A stretch of 64,000 bases of DNA from Candidatus Binatia bacterium (lineage in GTDB: Bacteria; Desulfobacterota; Binatia; UBA9968; JAJDTQ01), in contig OY762897.2 of NCBI GenBank assembly GCA_963666515.2, forward strand, positions 3,104,001 through 3,168,000, in the 5' to 3' direction. The position numbers were made by a program, and so were the translations under genes. Shown piece after piece: positions 8,197-17,570 of this stretch. Position 1 is the stretch's first letter; every line of letters begins with the position of its first letter. Below the pieces are notes generated by a model. The model did not search any database. It worked only from the letters and a program-made list of their open reading frames with translations, and was not told where the DNA came from.

Positions 8197-10031
8197 GATT
8201 CGTCTACTTTCGTTTCGATGCCGTTGGTGGCTGCCTCGCGATGCTGCTCCACCTGCCGCACGATCTCGCCCGCGGTGGCGGGGAGTCCGTCGTAAATGAG
8301 AATACTGACGATCTTCGTGGCGAACTCCGGATACTCCTCCTTGAAGATCGCCGCCATCTGCCCGTCGCGGTTCTGCTCCATGAGGTAGACAACCTCGTGG
8401 GAGGCCACGAATTCCCGGACCTCGGCGGCCAGGGGCAGCGCCCTCAGCAGCAGGTGGTTGGTCTCGATGCCCGCGGCCCGGAGTCGGTCCCGGGCCTCGC
8501 GCACGGCCTCGTAGCTCGACCCGAAGCAGATCACGCCGGTGTTGACGTCCGGCTGGGCCTCGACCAGGGGCTTGGGAACATACGCGCGGGCGGTGTCGTG
8601 CTTGCGCCGCAACCGGTCCAGGACCTCCTTGTAGTCCTTCTCGTCTTCCGAGTACCGCGCCTGGTCATCGTGGCCCGAGCCGCGGGCGAAATAGGCCGCC
8701 AGCGGATGCTCGGTGCCCGGCAGGGTCCTCTGCGGCACGCCGTCGCCGTCCACGTCGCGGTAGCGCGCAAAGCTTCCTTGCTTTTCCAGTCCGTCGGCGT
8801 CGAGGAGCTTGCCCCGGTCGAAGGGCTCCTGCACCAGCTCCAGCGGATCCGAGCCCCACAGGTTCATGCCCAGGTCCAGGTCCATCATGACGAACACCGG
8901 GGTCTGGAAGCGGTCCGCCAGGTCGAAGCTCTTGCGTCCGAGGTCGAAGCAGGACTTCATGTCGTGGGGGATCAGGATGACGTGGCGCGTGTCGCCGTGG
9001 GAGGCCACGTGCATGAGCTGGATGTCGGCCTGCTGGGTGCGGGTGGGGAGGCCGGTGGAAGGGCCGCCGCGCTGGATGATGAAGTAGACTCCGGGTATCT
9101 CCGCGAAGTACTGGAGGCCGATGGTCTCGTTCATGAGCGACAGGCCCGGCCCCGAGGTGGAGGTCATGGCCCGCGCGCCCATCCAGCCGGCCCCCGCCAC
9201 CATGTTGGTGGCGGCGATCTCGTCCTCGGCCTGGATGATCGCGTAGGTGTTCTTGCCGTCCTTGTCCTTGCGAAGCCGCGGCATGTACCGTTCCAGCGCC
9301 TCGGCCAGGGAGCTGGACGGGGTGATGGGATACCAGGCGCAGAAAGTGACCCCGCCGTAGATGGCGCCCAGCGCGCAGGCGGTGTTGCCCTCGGTGACGA
9401 TCTTGCCGTCGTTGCCGCCGGGGATCTTTTCCAGCATGGAGAGGGACTGGCTCAGGTTGTTGTCGCGCATGTGGTTGTAGCCCAGCTCGATGCAGAGCAG
9501 GTTGGACTCGATGACCGCGGGCTTGTTGCCGAAGGTGTCGCTCAGCACCTCGCGGATCGTCTCCATGTCGATGCCGAAGAGCCAGGCCAGGGCGCCCACG
9601 TACAGCATGTTGCGCTGCTTGGCCCGCAACGGCCCCGCTTCCACGTGTTTCTGGACCAGGGCGTTGGCCGGGACGCCGAGATACTGGACGCCGTCGCGCT
9701 TCAGGTGGTCGGGCAACGGCTTGGTGTCGTCGTAGAGGATCAGGCCGCCGTCGCGCACCCGGTAGATGTCCTTGTCCGCGGTGTCGTCGTTGAACATCAC
9801 CATGACGTCGATGACGTCCTTGCGGCCCAGGTAGCCGTCGGCGTTGGCGCGGATCTGGTACCAGGTGGGCAGGCCCTGGATGTTGGACGGAAACATGTTC
9901 TTGGAGGAGCAGGGGATGCCCATCTTGAAGATGGACTTGAACAGGATATTGTTGGAAGAAGCACTTCCTGAACCGTTGGCAGTAGCGACGCTAATGCTGA
10001 GATCGTTGACAACGGGCATGTCGTTCTCCAT
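8169..10031 (-). CDS. korA: 2-oxoacid:ferredoxin oxidoreductase alpha subunit
   Basis: NGSGS, FPSNIQG, YPITPSS, QAEDEIAA, TSGPG, QRGGPSTGLPT. Confidence 0.93.
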   Translation of the reverse strand: MENDMPVVNDLSISVATANGSGSASSNNILFKSIFKMGIPCSSKNMFPSNIQGLPTWYQIRANADGYLGRKDVIDVMVMFNDDTADKDIYRVRDGGLILYDDTKPLPDHLKRDGVQYLGVPANALVQKHVEAGPLRAKQRNMLYVGALAWLFGIDMETIREVLSDTFGNKPAVIESNLLCIELGYNHMRDNNLSQSLSMLEKIPGGNDGKIVTEGNTACALGAIYGGVTFCAWYPITPSSSLAEALERYMPRLRKDKDGKNTYAIIQAEDEIAATNMVAGAGWMGARAMTSTSGPGLSLMNETIGLQYFAEIPGVYFIIQRGGPSTGLPTRTQQADIQLMHVASHGDTRHVILIPHDMKSCFDLGRKSFDLADRFQTPVFVMMDLDLGMNLWGSDPLELVQEPFDRGKLLDADGLEKQGSFARYRDVDGDGVPQRTLPGTEHPLAAYFARGSGHDDQARYSEDEKDYKEVLDRLRRKHDTARAYVPKPLVEAQPDVNTGVICFGSSYEAVREARDRLRAAGIETNHLLLRALPLAAEVREFVASHEVVYLMEQNRDGQMAAIFKEEYPEFATKIVSILIYDGLPATAGEIVRQVEQHREAATNGIETKVDESWQRQTASI

Positions 10032-10060
10032 GGTTGCGGGGCGAAATGAGTTGGGTGGCT

Positions 10061-10089
10061 ATTGTAACAACGGAACGTAACCGAAACAA
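10061..10089 (-). promoter_or_regulatory. sigma70-like promoter of oxidoreductase operon
   Basis: Minus strand TTGTTT-17nt-TACAAT with extended TG. Confidence 0.55.
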
Positions 10090-10147
10090 GGACTTAACCG
10101 TTTCTTGACCGTCGATTCCGGCGTTCGTCCCCGGTCTCCGCTCCGTC

Positions 10148-11008
10148 CTACCCCGGCGTGTAGTTCTCGTCCGACTCCCAGAACTCCTCGATCTCCTTCC
10201 AGGCCTTCCTGACCGCGTCGTCGATGTCGAGCGCCTTGGCGTACTGCAGCACGTCTCCCACCGAGACGATGCCGGCCAGCCCGTCGCCGTCGCCGGCCAC
10301 CGGCATGTGGCGGAACCCGTTGTCGCGCATGGTCGCCAGCACCTCCTGGACGGGAGTCGATCCGCCGGCGACCAGGGGATCGGGGGTCATGACCTCGGAC
10401 ACCGGCACCTGCCCCATGTCCCGGTCTTCCAGGGCGATCCGCGTCAGGACGTCCCGCTCGGTGAAGATGCCGGCGGTCCTGCCGCCGGCGGAGACCATGA
10501 CGCAGCCCGTCTGCTCCCGCACCATCCTGTCGATGACCTGGGTGACCGGCATGGAGGCATCCACCGTGGGGACCACGCCGGAGACCACCTCTCCCACCGT
10601 GCGGGAGTCAGGCATGTTCGCGCCCAGCTCCACCACCAGGTTGAGTATCCGCCGCATGGAGACCAGGCCGACCATGCGCCGGTCGTCGCCGTACACCAGC
10701 AGGTGGCGGTAGCGTCCCTGGTACATCCGCCCCAGCACCTCGACGATGGACGTGCCCTGGGGCACTCCCTGGACCGGGGTGGTCATGACCCGGCGAATGG
10801 GCGTCTTGTGCACGTCGAGCAGGCGGTTCATCACCCGTCTCAGGATGTCGGTCTCGGTGAAGATGCCGGCCGGGGCGTCGTTCTCGGTGAGAACCACCCG
10901 CCCCACCCTGCGGTCCACCATGAGCCGGGTCACCTCCCGGATGGAACTCGACGGCTCCGCGGTGATGACCGCGGTCGTCATGATCTCGCTTACCTTGTTC
11001 GACAGCAT
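10148..11008 (-). CDS. Tandem CBS-domain protein (two Bateman modules)
   Basis: Repeated GIFTE.D, VMT, RHL/RHMPV and G.VS motifs in two halves. Confidence 0.92.
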   Translation of the reverse strand: MLSNKVSEIMTTAVITAEPSSSIREVTRLMVDRRVGRVVLTENDAPAGIFTETDILRRVMNRLLDVHKTPIRRVMTTPVQGVPQGTSIVEVLGRMYQGRYRHLLVYGDDRRMVGLVSMRRILNLVVELGANMPDSRTVGEVVSGVVPTVDASMPVTQVIDRMVREQTGCVMVSAGGRTAGIFTERDVLTRIALEDRDMGQVPVSEVMTPDPLVAGGSTPVQEVLATMRDNGFRHMPVAGDGDGLAGIVSVGDVLQYAKALDIDDAVRKAWKEIEEFWESDENYTPG

Positions 11009-11066
11009 GGGAAACCTCCGAGACGCCGGGAAGGCCCGCCAAAGCGCCGCCCCCGGCTACAAATCA

Positions 11067-11149
11067 GATTCGTGTCCCGTCCGGTCGATCGCGCACGAAC
11101 CGGCGCGTGAATCAGCGCATGAATTGACCGGACAGGACACGAATCCTAC
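11067..11149. repeat. Long imperfect inverted repeat in divergent intergenic region
   Basis: 23-bp arms (GATTCGTGTCCCGTCCGGTCGAT at 11067-11089; reverse complement at 11123-11145 with 2 mismatches), followed by CTAC. Confidence 0.75.
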
Positions 11150-11188
11150 ACTAAGATAACCACAGCATTTCGTCTTGCGCAATTTCTC

Positions 11189-12469
11189 ATGGAAACCGTC
11201 ATCGCCTGCCTCTTCGTCGCCTTTCTGTCCGCGGAACTGATCGTCGAAGCCCTGCTCAACGAAGCCAACATGCGGCACCTGGAGCGACAGTGGCGGCAGG
11301 GCCGGCTGCCGGACCTGTTCGCTGCCCGCATCAACCCCGAAACCCACGAGAAATCGGTACGTTACGCCCTGGCCCGGGGACGTTTCGCGCGCTGGTCCGC
11401 GGTCTACGGGACCGCGCTGACGCTGCTGGTGCTGTTCGGCGGCGTGCTGCCGTGGGTGGACGGGCTCGGCCGCGGCCTCGGCGCCTTCCTGCCGGTGGCC
11501 GAGGCCCCGGGCATCCTGTTCTGCCTCGCCGTCGGCGGCATCTTCACCGTGATGTCCCTACCCCTCGGGATCTACTCGACCTTCGTGCTCGAAGAGCGTT
11601 TCGGCTTCAACAAGACCGACGTGCGCACCTTCATCATGGACCGGCTCAAGGGGGTGGTCCTCGCCGTGGTGCTCGGGGCGCCGTTCCTCTACGGCGTGCT
11701 GTGGCTCATGAAGGCCACCGGCGCCTGGTGGTGGGTCTACGTCTTCGGCTTCGTGTTCGCGTTCCAGGGCCTGATGCTGGTCATCTATCCCACTCTGATC
11801 GCGCCGCTGTTCAACCGGTTCTCGCCGGTGGCGGACGACTCGCTGCGGGACGCCATCGCCGAGCTGGCGCAGCGGGTGGGGCTCCGGACCAGCGGCATCT
11901 ACACCATGGACGGCTCCAAGCGTTCCGGGCATTCCAACGCCTACTTCACCGGGCTGGGGAAGGCCAAGCGCATCGTGCTGTTCGACACGCTGCTGGAGCA
12001 ACTGGACCGCCCGCAGCTCCTGTCGGTGCTGGCGCACGAGATGGGGCACTACAAGATGCGGCACGTGCTCAAGGGTCTCGGCCTGAGCGCCGTCTTCACG
12101 CTGGCCGGGCTGTGGGTGCTCAGCCTGCTCCTGGACTACCCGCCCCTGTTCCGCACCTTCGGGCTCGCCGAGCCCGCCCACCACACGGCGCTGGTGATCT
12201 TCTCGCTGATCTCCGGACCGTTTACGTTCTGGCTGGCGCCCTTCATGAACCGCATCTCGCGCCGGCACGAGTACGAGGCCGACGGTTTCGCGGTGCGGCT
12301 GCTGGAGGACGGCAAACCCATGGAAGAGGCCCTGGTGGCCCTGACCGTCAACAACCTGAGCAATCCGACGCCCCATCCCTGGTACTCGGCCTACCACGAT
12401 TCGCACCCGGCCACCGCGGAGCGGGTGCGAGCGATCCGGGCCGCGGAAACCACACGAGGAACCCCATGA
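11189..12469 (+). CDS. M48 family (Ste24-like) membrane zinc metallopeptidase
   Basis: Multiple TM helices, DGSKRSGHSNAYFTG, HEMGH, EYEAD, SHP. Confidence 0.93.
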   Translation: METVIACLFVAFLSAELIVEALLNEANMRHLERQWRQGRLPDLFAARINPETHEKSVRYALARGRFARWSAVYGTALTLLVLFGGVLPWVDGLGRGLGAFLPVAEAPGILFCLAVGGIFTVMSLPLGIYSTFVLEERFGFNKTDVRTFIMDRLKGVVLAVVLGAPFLYGVLWLMKATGAWWWVYVFGFVFAFQGLMLVIYPTLIAPLFNRFSPVADDSLRDAIAELAQRVGLRTSGIYTMDGSKRSGHSNAYFTGLGKAKRIVLFDTLLEQLDRPQLLSVLAHEMGHYKMRHVLKGLGLSAVFTLAGLWVLSLLLDYPPLFRTFGLAEPAHHTALVIFSLISGPFTFWLAPFMNRISRRHEYEADGFAVRLLEDGKPMEEALVALTVNNLSNPTPHPWYSAYHDSHPATAERVRAIRAAETTRGTP

Positions 12470-13524
12470 CACGGATACTGGACAACGACGACGTGCGGCA
12501 GGCCATGGACATCGACGAATGCCTGGAGGCGATGGCCGCGGCCTACCGGGACCTGCCCGAAGGGCGGTCGGTGAACCGCCCGACCACCCACATCTACACG
12601 CACCACTCCATGGACGGCGCCTCCTACAGCTTCAAGTCCGTGGAGGGGGCGGTGGAGCGGTTCGGCACCTTGGCGCTGCGGGTGACCTCGGACGTGGTCC
12701 GGGAGGAGACCTACAACGGCTCGGTGCGGCTGGAGAAGCTGCCGCTGGCCGGCAGGGGGCTGTTCCTGGGGCTGGTGCAATTGTACAGCCTTGAGAACGG
12801 CGAGTTGATGGGCATCATGCCGGACGGGGTGATCCAGCAGACCCGGGTGGCCGTCACCAGCGCCTTGGGCGCGCAGGCGCTGTGCCGCCCGGAGGCTACC
12901 CGGCTGGGGCTCATCGGCACCGGCGGTCAGGCACGCGCCCACTTCCGCCTGCTCACCCACGTGCTCCCCATCAAGACGGTCAAGGTCTACAGTCCCCGCC
13001 CCGAGCACCGGCAAGCCTTCGCCGAGGAGATGGGCGGGAAAGACGGCATCGAGGTCGAGCCCACGGGCAGCGTGGCCGCGGCCATCGCCGGATGCGACAT
13101 CATCTGCACCGCCACCAGCACCTCGTCCCCCATCATCACGGGCGACATGCTGGAGCCCGGCGTGCACTACAACGCCATCCGCGAGTTCGAGCACGACGAC
13201 ACCGTCTTCGCCAGGGCCGACGTCACCGGCATCCACACGCAGATGGGGGGCATCCGGCACCACCTGCCTCCCGGCATCGACCACCTGCCGGGCATCCGCC
13301 AGGAAAAGCCGCGGGACTGGACCGTCTACCCCGAGATCTCGGACTTCCTGTCGGGCCGCGTATCTGGCCGCACCGACGCCGGCCAGATCACCTTCTTCCT
13401 CAACAACATCGGCACCGGAGTACAGTTCGCCGCCATGGGCCACTGCATCCTCAAGGCCGCCGAAAAGATGGGGCTGGGCAAGGAGGTGACGAGCGATTGG
13501 TTCCTGCAGGACATCAAGCCGTGA
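12466..13524 (+). CDS. Ornithine cyclodeaminase/mu-crystallin family protein (second paralogue)
   Basis: ATGA overlap with the peptidase stop; GLIGTGGQA, VYSP, GTGVQFAA. Confidence 0.88.
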   Translation: MTRILDNDDVRQAMDIDECLEAMAAAYRDLPEGRSVNRPTTHIYTHHSMDGASYSFKSVEGAVERFGTLALRVTSDVVREETYNGSVRLEKLPLAGRGLFLGLVQLYSLENGELMGIMPDGVIQQTRVAVTSALGAQALCRPEATRLGLIGTGGQARAHFRLLTHVLPIKTVKVYSPRPEHRQAFAEEMGGKDGIEVEPTGSVAAAIAGCDIICTATSTSSPIITGDMLEPGVHYNAIREFEHDDTVFARADVTGIHTQMGGIRHHLPPGIDHLPGIRQEKPRDWTVYPEISDFLSGRVSGRTDAGQITFFLNNIGTGVQFAAMGHCILKAAEKMGLGKEVTSDWFLQDIKP

Positions 13525-14741
13525 TGGGGAACGGCTCAGCGCAGCAGGGCTCGACGAAGCACGGCCCAACCCCGCACGGCGGTAGCGCGGGGGCTTTCTC
13601 CCTCTACGTGCATATCCCCTACTGCTTGAGCAAATGCCCGTACTGCGACTTCAACTCGCACGTCGCCGCCCGTATCCCTGAAGAAGAATACACGCGGGCG
13701 CTGCTGCGGGAGCTGCGCCATTATTCCGGGTCGGAGGCATGGGCGGGCCGCTCGGTGAAGACGGTCTTCTTCGGCGGCGGCACCCCCTCGACCTTCCAGG
13801 GAAGCAGCATCGGCGCCGTGCTCGACGAAGCCGCCAGACTCTTCGGTTTCGATGAAGCACCTGAGATCACGCTGGAAGCCAACCCCGGCGCGGTGGACGC
13901 GAGCCGCTTCCGGGACTACCGGACTTGCGGCGTCAACCGCATCAGCGTCGGCGCGCAGAGCTTCGACGCCGAACTGCTGCGGTTCCTGGGCCGGGTCCAC
14001 AGCGCCGACGAGACGCGCCAAGCCCTCGGATGCGTCCGGGACGCCGGCTTCGACAACTTCAGCCTCGACCTCATCTACGGCATTCCCGGCCAGACCGTGG
14101 ACGGCGTAAGCCGGGACCTCTCGCAGGCGCTGGAACACGAGCCGCCGCACCTGTCCGCCTACAACCTCACCATCGAGGAAGGCACGCCCTTCCACGCCCG
14201 CTACCGCCAGGGCCTGCTGCACCCCCTGGACGAAGAAGCCGAGATCGAGATGGCCGCCCTCATCCAGCGCACGTTGGAGCAGGCCGGGCTGGAGCGATAC
14301 GAGATCTCCAACTACGCCCGCCCGGGACGGGAGTCGCGCCACAACGTCAATTACTGGGAAGGCGGCGACTACCTCGGCATCGGCGCCGGCGCCCACAGCT
14401 ATCACCGCAAACCGGAGAACACCTTGGGGGAGCGCTGGCAGAACGAGCGGTCACCGGCGGGCTACATGCGGCTTGCGAATGAGGCCGGCCACGCAGTCAT
14501 CGAGCGCGAGCGGCCGGAGCTGCGTCAGGCCATGGCCGAACACCTGTTCACCGGGCTACGGATGATCGGCGGAGTTTCGGCGCCAAGCTTTTGCCGGCGG
14601 TTCGGAACAAAACCCGAGGACGCCTTCCCCGACATCGCGGAGTGGGTCTCGGAGGGACTGCTGGTCGAGGACGGCCAACGGCTGCGCTTTACGCCGCGCG
14701 GGTTGCTGCTGGCCAACGAGCTGTTCGTTCGGCTGGTGTGA
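13524..14741 (+). CDS. hemW: Radical SAM heme chaperone HemW
   Basis: LYVHIPYC...CPYCDFN, GGGTPS, EANP, YEISNY, Y.GIGAGAH. Confidence 0.92.
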   Translation: MGNGSAQQGSTKHGPTPHGGSAGAFSLYVHIPYCLSKCPYCDFNSHVAARIPEEEYTRALLRELRHYSGSEAWAGRSVKTVFFGGGTPSTFQGSSIGAVLDEAARLFGFDEAPEITLEANPGAVDASRFRDYRTCGVNRISVGAQSFDAELLRFLGRVHSADETRQALGCVRDAGFDNFSLDLIYGIPGQTVDGVSRDLSQALEHEPPHLSAYNLTIEEGTPFHARYRQGLLHPLDEEAEIEMAALIQRTLEQAGLERYEISNYARPGRESRHNVNYWEGGDYLGIGAGAHSYHRKPENTLGERWQNERSPAGYMRLANEAGHAVIERERPELRQAMAEHLFTGLRMIGGVSAPSFCRRFGTKPEDAFPDIAEWVSEGLLVEDGQRLRFTPRGLLLANELFVRLV

Positions 14742-14748
14742 GGGAGTG

Positions 14749-15030
14749 TTACCCCACGCTCTTGAGCTTGCCCGTCACGAATTTGTGGAGTGTGCTTGAA
14801 ATAAGGGTCTGGTAGGGCATTCCTTCCTTGCTGGCTCTTTTCTGCAGGGCCTCCAGATCACGGGATGAGATCCGAATGTTGATTCTTTTGTCCTTCTGAA
14901 GGAAGCCGTGTGCGGCTTCCTCAAGTTCTCGCTTCGCTTCCTTGAAGTCGTTGATGCTTTCGAGTTCCCCGCGTTCAAAGTCCTGGAGGAGTTGCACTTC
15001 TTCCGCATCCAGATTGAGAGGGCTGCTCAT
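14749..15030 (-). CDS. BrnA-like/CopG RHH antitoxin
   Basis: KDKRINIRISSRDL..L...A..EGMPYQTLI; start overlaps the toxin stop. Confidence 0.85.
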   Translation of the reverse strand: MSSPLNLDAEEVQLLQDFERGELESINDFKEAKRELEEAAHGFLQKDKRINIRISSRDLEALQKRASKEGMPYQTLISSTLHKFVTGKLKSVG

Positions 15031-15296
15031 TTCAGGTACTCCTTGGTGGCTTTTCTGCTCGGGATGATGGTCTTGAGGAACCGTGTTCCATCCTGCTCCA
15101 CGTACGGGACCAGATACACGTACCCTTCCATGTTCAGAACGATGATGCTCTGATTCGGATACCGGGACGCATTGGGATGTCTGATGATGTCCAGCACGTC
15201 GCCATTGCTGATGTGGAAGACGACATCCTCGAAACATACGCCCCGCGTCTTCTCAAGAAGCTCATTCTTCTCGTCATCCCAGTCAAATTCATGCAC
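15027..15296 (-). CDS. BrnT family toxin
   Basis: FDWDDEKNE.L...RGVCFE, FLKTIIPSRKATK; GTG start chosen from the promoter position. Confidence 0.88.
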   Translation of the reverse strand: MHEFDWDDEKNELLEKTRGVCFEDVVFHISNGDVLDIIRHPNASRYPNQSIIVLNMEGYVYLVPYVEQDGTRFLKTIIPSRKATKEYLK

Positions 15297-15303
15297 GTGT
15301 GAA

Positions 15304-15332
15304 AGCATCGCATGATGTGTGCCTTTTGTCAA
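15304..15332 (-). promoter_or_regulatory. sigma70 promoter of brnTA (leaderless)
   Basis: TTGACA-17nt-GATGCT, 7 nt before GTG 15296. Confidence 0.55.
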
Positions 15333-15394
15333 CACAATGGGAGGCCTTCCTGGCACTTGCCGTATAAGGGGATGCGAGCAAGTCCACCACCAGA

Positions 15395-15424
15395 TTGCAC
15401 AGCTACCCCATTGGGGTATATACT
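15395..15424 (+). promoter_or_regulatory. Promoter with perfect palindromic operator (TA autoregulation type)
   Basis: TTGCAC-18nt-TATACT, with TACCCCA-T-TGGGGTA between the boxes. Confidence 0.65.
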
Positions 15425-15429
15425 GCGCT

Positions 15430-15552
15430 GTGGTAGACGGTAACCGAAACCTAGACCTCGATGTGGCAGGTCAACGAGGTCAACACGGACGAAGACGTAC
15501 CGCTTCGGCTATCTCGACCGCACCGGAGGCAACACGGAAGGAGGCGAAGTGA
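15430..15552 (+). pseudogene. Decayed HigB/RelE-type toxin remnant
   Basis: Fragments in different frames (TVTET*TSMWQ, DEDVPL, RTASAISTAPEATRKEAK*) resemble the N- and C-termini of HigB-2-type toxins; stop overlaps the antitoxin start. Confidence 0.45.
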
Positions 15553-15845
15553 GTACCTTTGGCGACGATCTGGTCCAAGCTCTGCACGAAGCGCTCGCCC
15601 ATGCGAAGGGCAAGGGCCCCGCCACCGTATATGATCCGGTCACACCTCACGACGTCCGCAAGCAAGCGAAGCTAACCCAGGTACAGATGGCGCGATTGAT
15701 GGGCATGAGCCTTTCCGGCTACCGGAAGTGGGAACAGGGGACCCGGCGGGTCAGCGGCCCCGCAGCCATTCTGCTGCAGTTGATCGAAAAGGAACCGGAA
15801 GCGGTAAGGCGCGCATTGCTGGCATCGTCAAGAGGCGACCACTGA
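15549..15845 (+). CDS. XRE-HTH antitoxin, HigA-like
   Basis: FG.DL..AL.EALAHAKG, LTQ.QMA.LMG.S...YRKWEQG.R..SGPA..LL. Confidence 0.85.
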   Translation: MSTFGDDLVQALHEALAHAKGKGPATVYDPVTPHDVRKQAKLTQVQMARLMGMSLSGYRKWEQGTRRVSGPAAILLQLIEKEPEAVRRALLASSRGDH

Positions 15846-15912
15846 TGTGTACTCCCAAAGCACGGACTCTCTGTAGTCACTGACATGACGAACTCGCTCC
15901 ATTGGTGTCACT

Positions 15913-16674
15913 ATGGCTAGCAAATCAGCGATTGAGTGGACCGACGCGACCTGGAACCCCGTGACCGGTTGCACAAAAGTGACGCGCGGTTGCGACAACT
16001 GTTATGCGGAACGCTTCGCCGAACGATGGCGTGGCGTGGTGGGACACGCTTACGAACAGGGCTTCGATCTCCGCCTGTGGCCGTCGCGACTGAACCAACC
16101 CGCCAAATGGCGAAAGCCGCGGATGATCTTCGTCAATTCGATGAGCGACCTTTTTCATAGACGCGTCGACCGCCGTTTCATCGACAAGGTATTCCATACG
16201 ATGGAAACGGTAGATCGGCACGTCTATCAGATTCTCACGAAGCGCAGCTCGCTCATGAGGGACTATTTGCGGCGCAGATACGCTAGCGGCTTGGCTCCCG
16301 ACCACATCTGGTGTGGCGTATCCGTTGAAGATCACTCAGCAAGGGCCAGAGTTCAGCATCTCCGAACGGCGCCGCTCACCGTTCGGTTCCTCTCGATAGA
16401 ACCGCTTCTCGGTCCCGTCGGAGACATTGATCTCGAAGGGATATCCTGGGTCATCGTCGGTGGTGAAAGCGGCCCACAGGCTCGGCCAATGCGGCCCGAA
16501 TGGGTACGCGACATCCGGGACCGCTGCGCTCGGGCCGGAGTGCCCTTCTTCTTTAAGCAGTGGGGCGGCCAAACCCCAAAAGCTGGCGGCCGTGAATTGG
16601 AAGGGGTGGAGCACAACGCCATGCCGAAGCATTCAACGGGGAAAGACGACAATGTCCTTCGAGTGGCATCCTGA
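15913..16674 (+). CDS. DUF5131 / phage Gp37/Gp68 family protein (three-Cys, radical-SAM-like)
   Basis: SAIEWTDATWNPVTGCTKV..GCDNCYA, FVNSMSDLFH, LTKR, SIEPLL, WVIVGGESG, FFFKQWGG. Confidence 0.93.
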   Translation: MASKSAIEWTDATWNPVTGCTKVTRGCDNCYAERFAERWRGVVGHAYEQGFDLRLWPSRLNQPAKWRKPRMIFVNSMSDLFHRRVDRRFIDKVFHTMETVDRHVYQILTKRSSLMRDYLRRRYASGLAPDHIWCGVSVEDHSARARVQHLRTAPLTVRFLSIEPLLGPVGDIDLEGISWVIVGGESGPQARPMRPEWVRDIRDRCARAGVPFFFKQWGGQTPKAGGRELEGVEHNAMPKHSTGKDDNVLRVAS

Positions 16675-17570
16675 CGAACCGCCACCTCTCATCGAGGCTC
16701 ACAGCAAGGCGAAACTTGAGGTATTGCGCAGCTACCTACGGGAGTATTTCGACAGACTGAACGTCAACCCACAGCGTGAGGAATTCAAGCTCGACCTCAT
16801 TGACGGATTCGCTGGGGGAGGTACCTTTCGCGACGGAGATACCGTTGTTTCCGGCACCCCGTTAGTTATGCTGGAAGAAGCAGCAGCAGCGAAAGACCGG
16901 CTGAACGAGAACCGGGTCAAACGACTACACGTCGACTGTAAATTCTACTTCATCGACAAGGAAAAGGCCCACACGGATCACCTTCGAAAAGCTCTTCAAG
17001 AGCATGGGCACAATATTGATGACGAAAGGATTGTCGTTCGGAACAGTCTGTTCGAAAATGAACTTGAAAATATCCTCAACTCGATCCGCCAAAGACAGCC
17101 TCGTTCCGGTCGAGCAATCTTTCTCCTCGATCAAACCGGGTTCTCTCAAGTGGAACTGGCACTCGTTTCCCGTATCTTCAACCAACTACCGGCGGCCGAA
17201 GTCATTCTGACATTTGCCGCAGATGCCCTTGTCAACCATCTGGCGCAGACGCCGCAGATAGCCAAGGCCGTCGCGCCGCTGCAGTTGACGGACTCGCAGA
17301 TACAAGACCTGATCCAATTCAGGGATGGGGACGGTGGCAGGGCGCTCGTCCAACGGACGCTTCGTGATCACACTCGAATTGTCACCGGAGCAACGTACGA
17401 CACGCCCTTTTTTATTCGCCCCAGATCGTCGCGGCGCGCCTTGTGGTTTCTCCATCTGTCAAGGCATCCGACGGCGCGCGATGTCATGATCCAGCAGCAT
17501 TGGAATATCCAGAATACCTTTGTGCATTACGGCCGTGGCGACTTTGGTATGTTGGGTTGGGACACATTAA

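Noticed and set aside
11290-13524. 744-aa ORF suggesting a fusion protein
   Set aside because: The N-terminal part is an off-frame read through the M48 gene. The real gene starts at 12466. The same applies to 12882-14741, 33386-35242 and 37839-40595.
15913-16674. Prophage, suggested by the phage Gp37/Gp68 family name and the Xer recombinase
   Set aside because: No structural, packaging or replication genes nearby; the recombinase at the window start looks like a housekeeping Xer.
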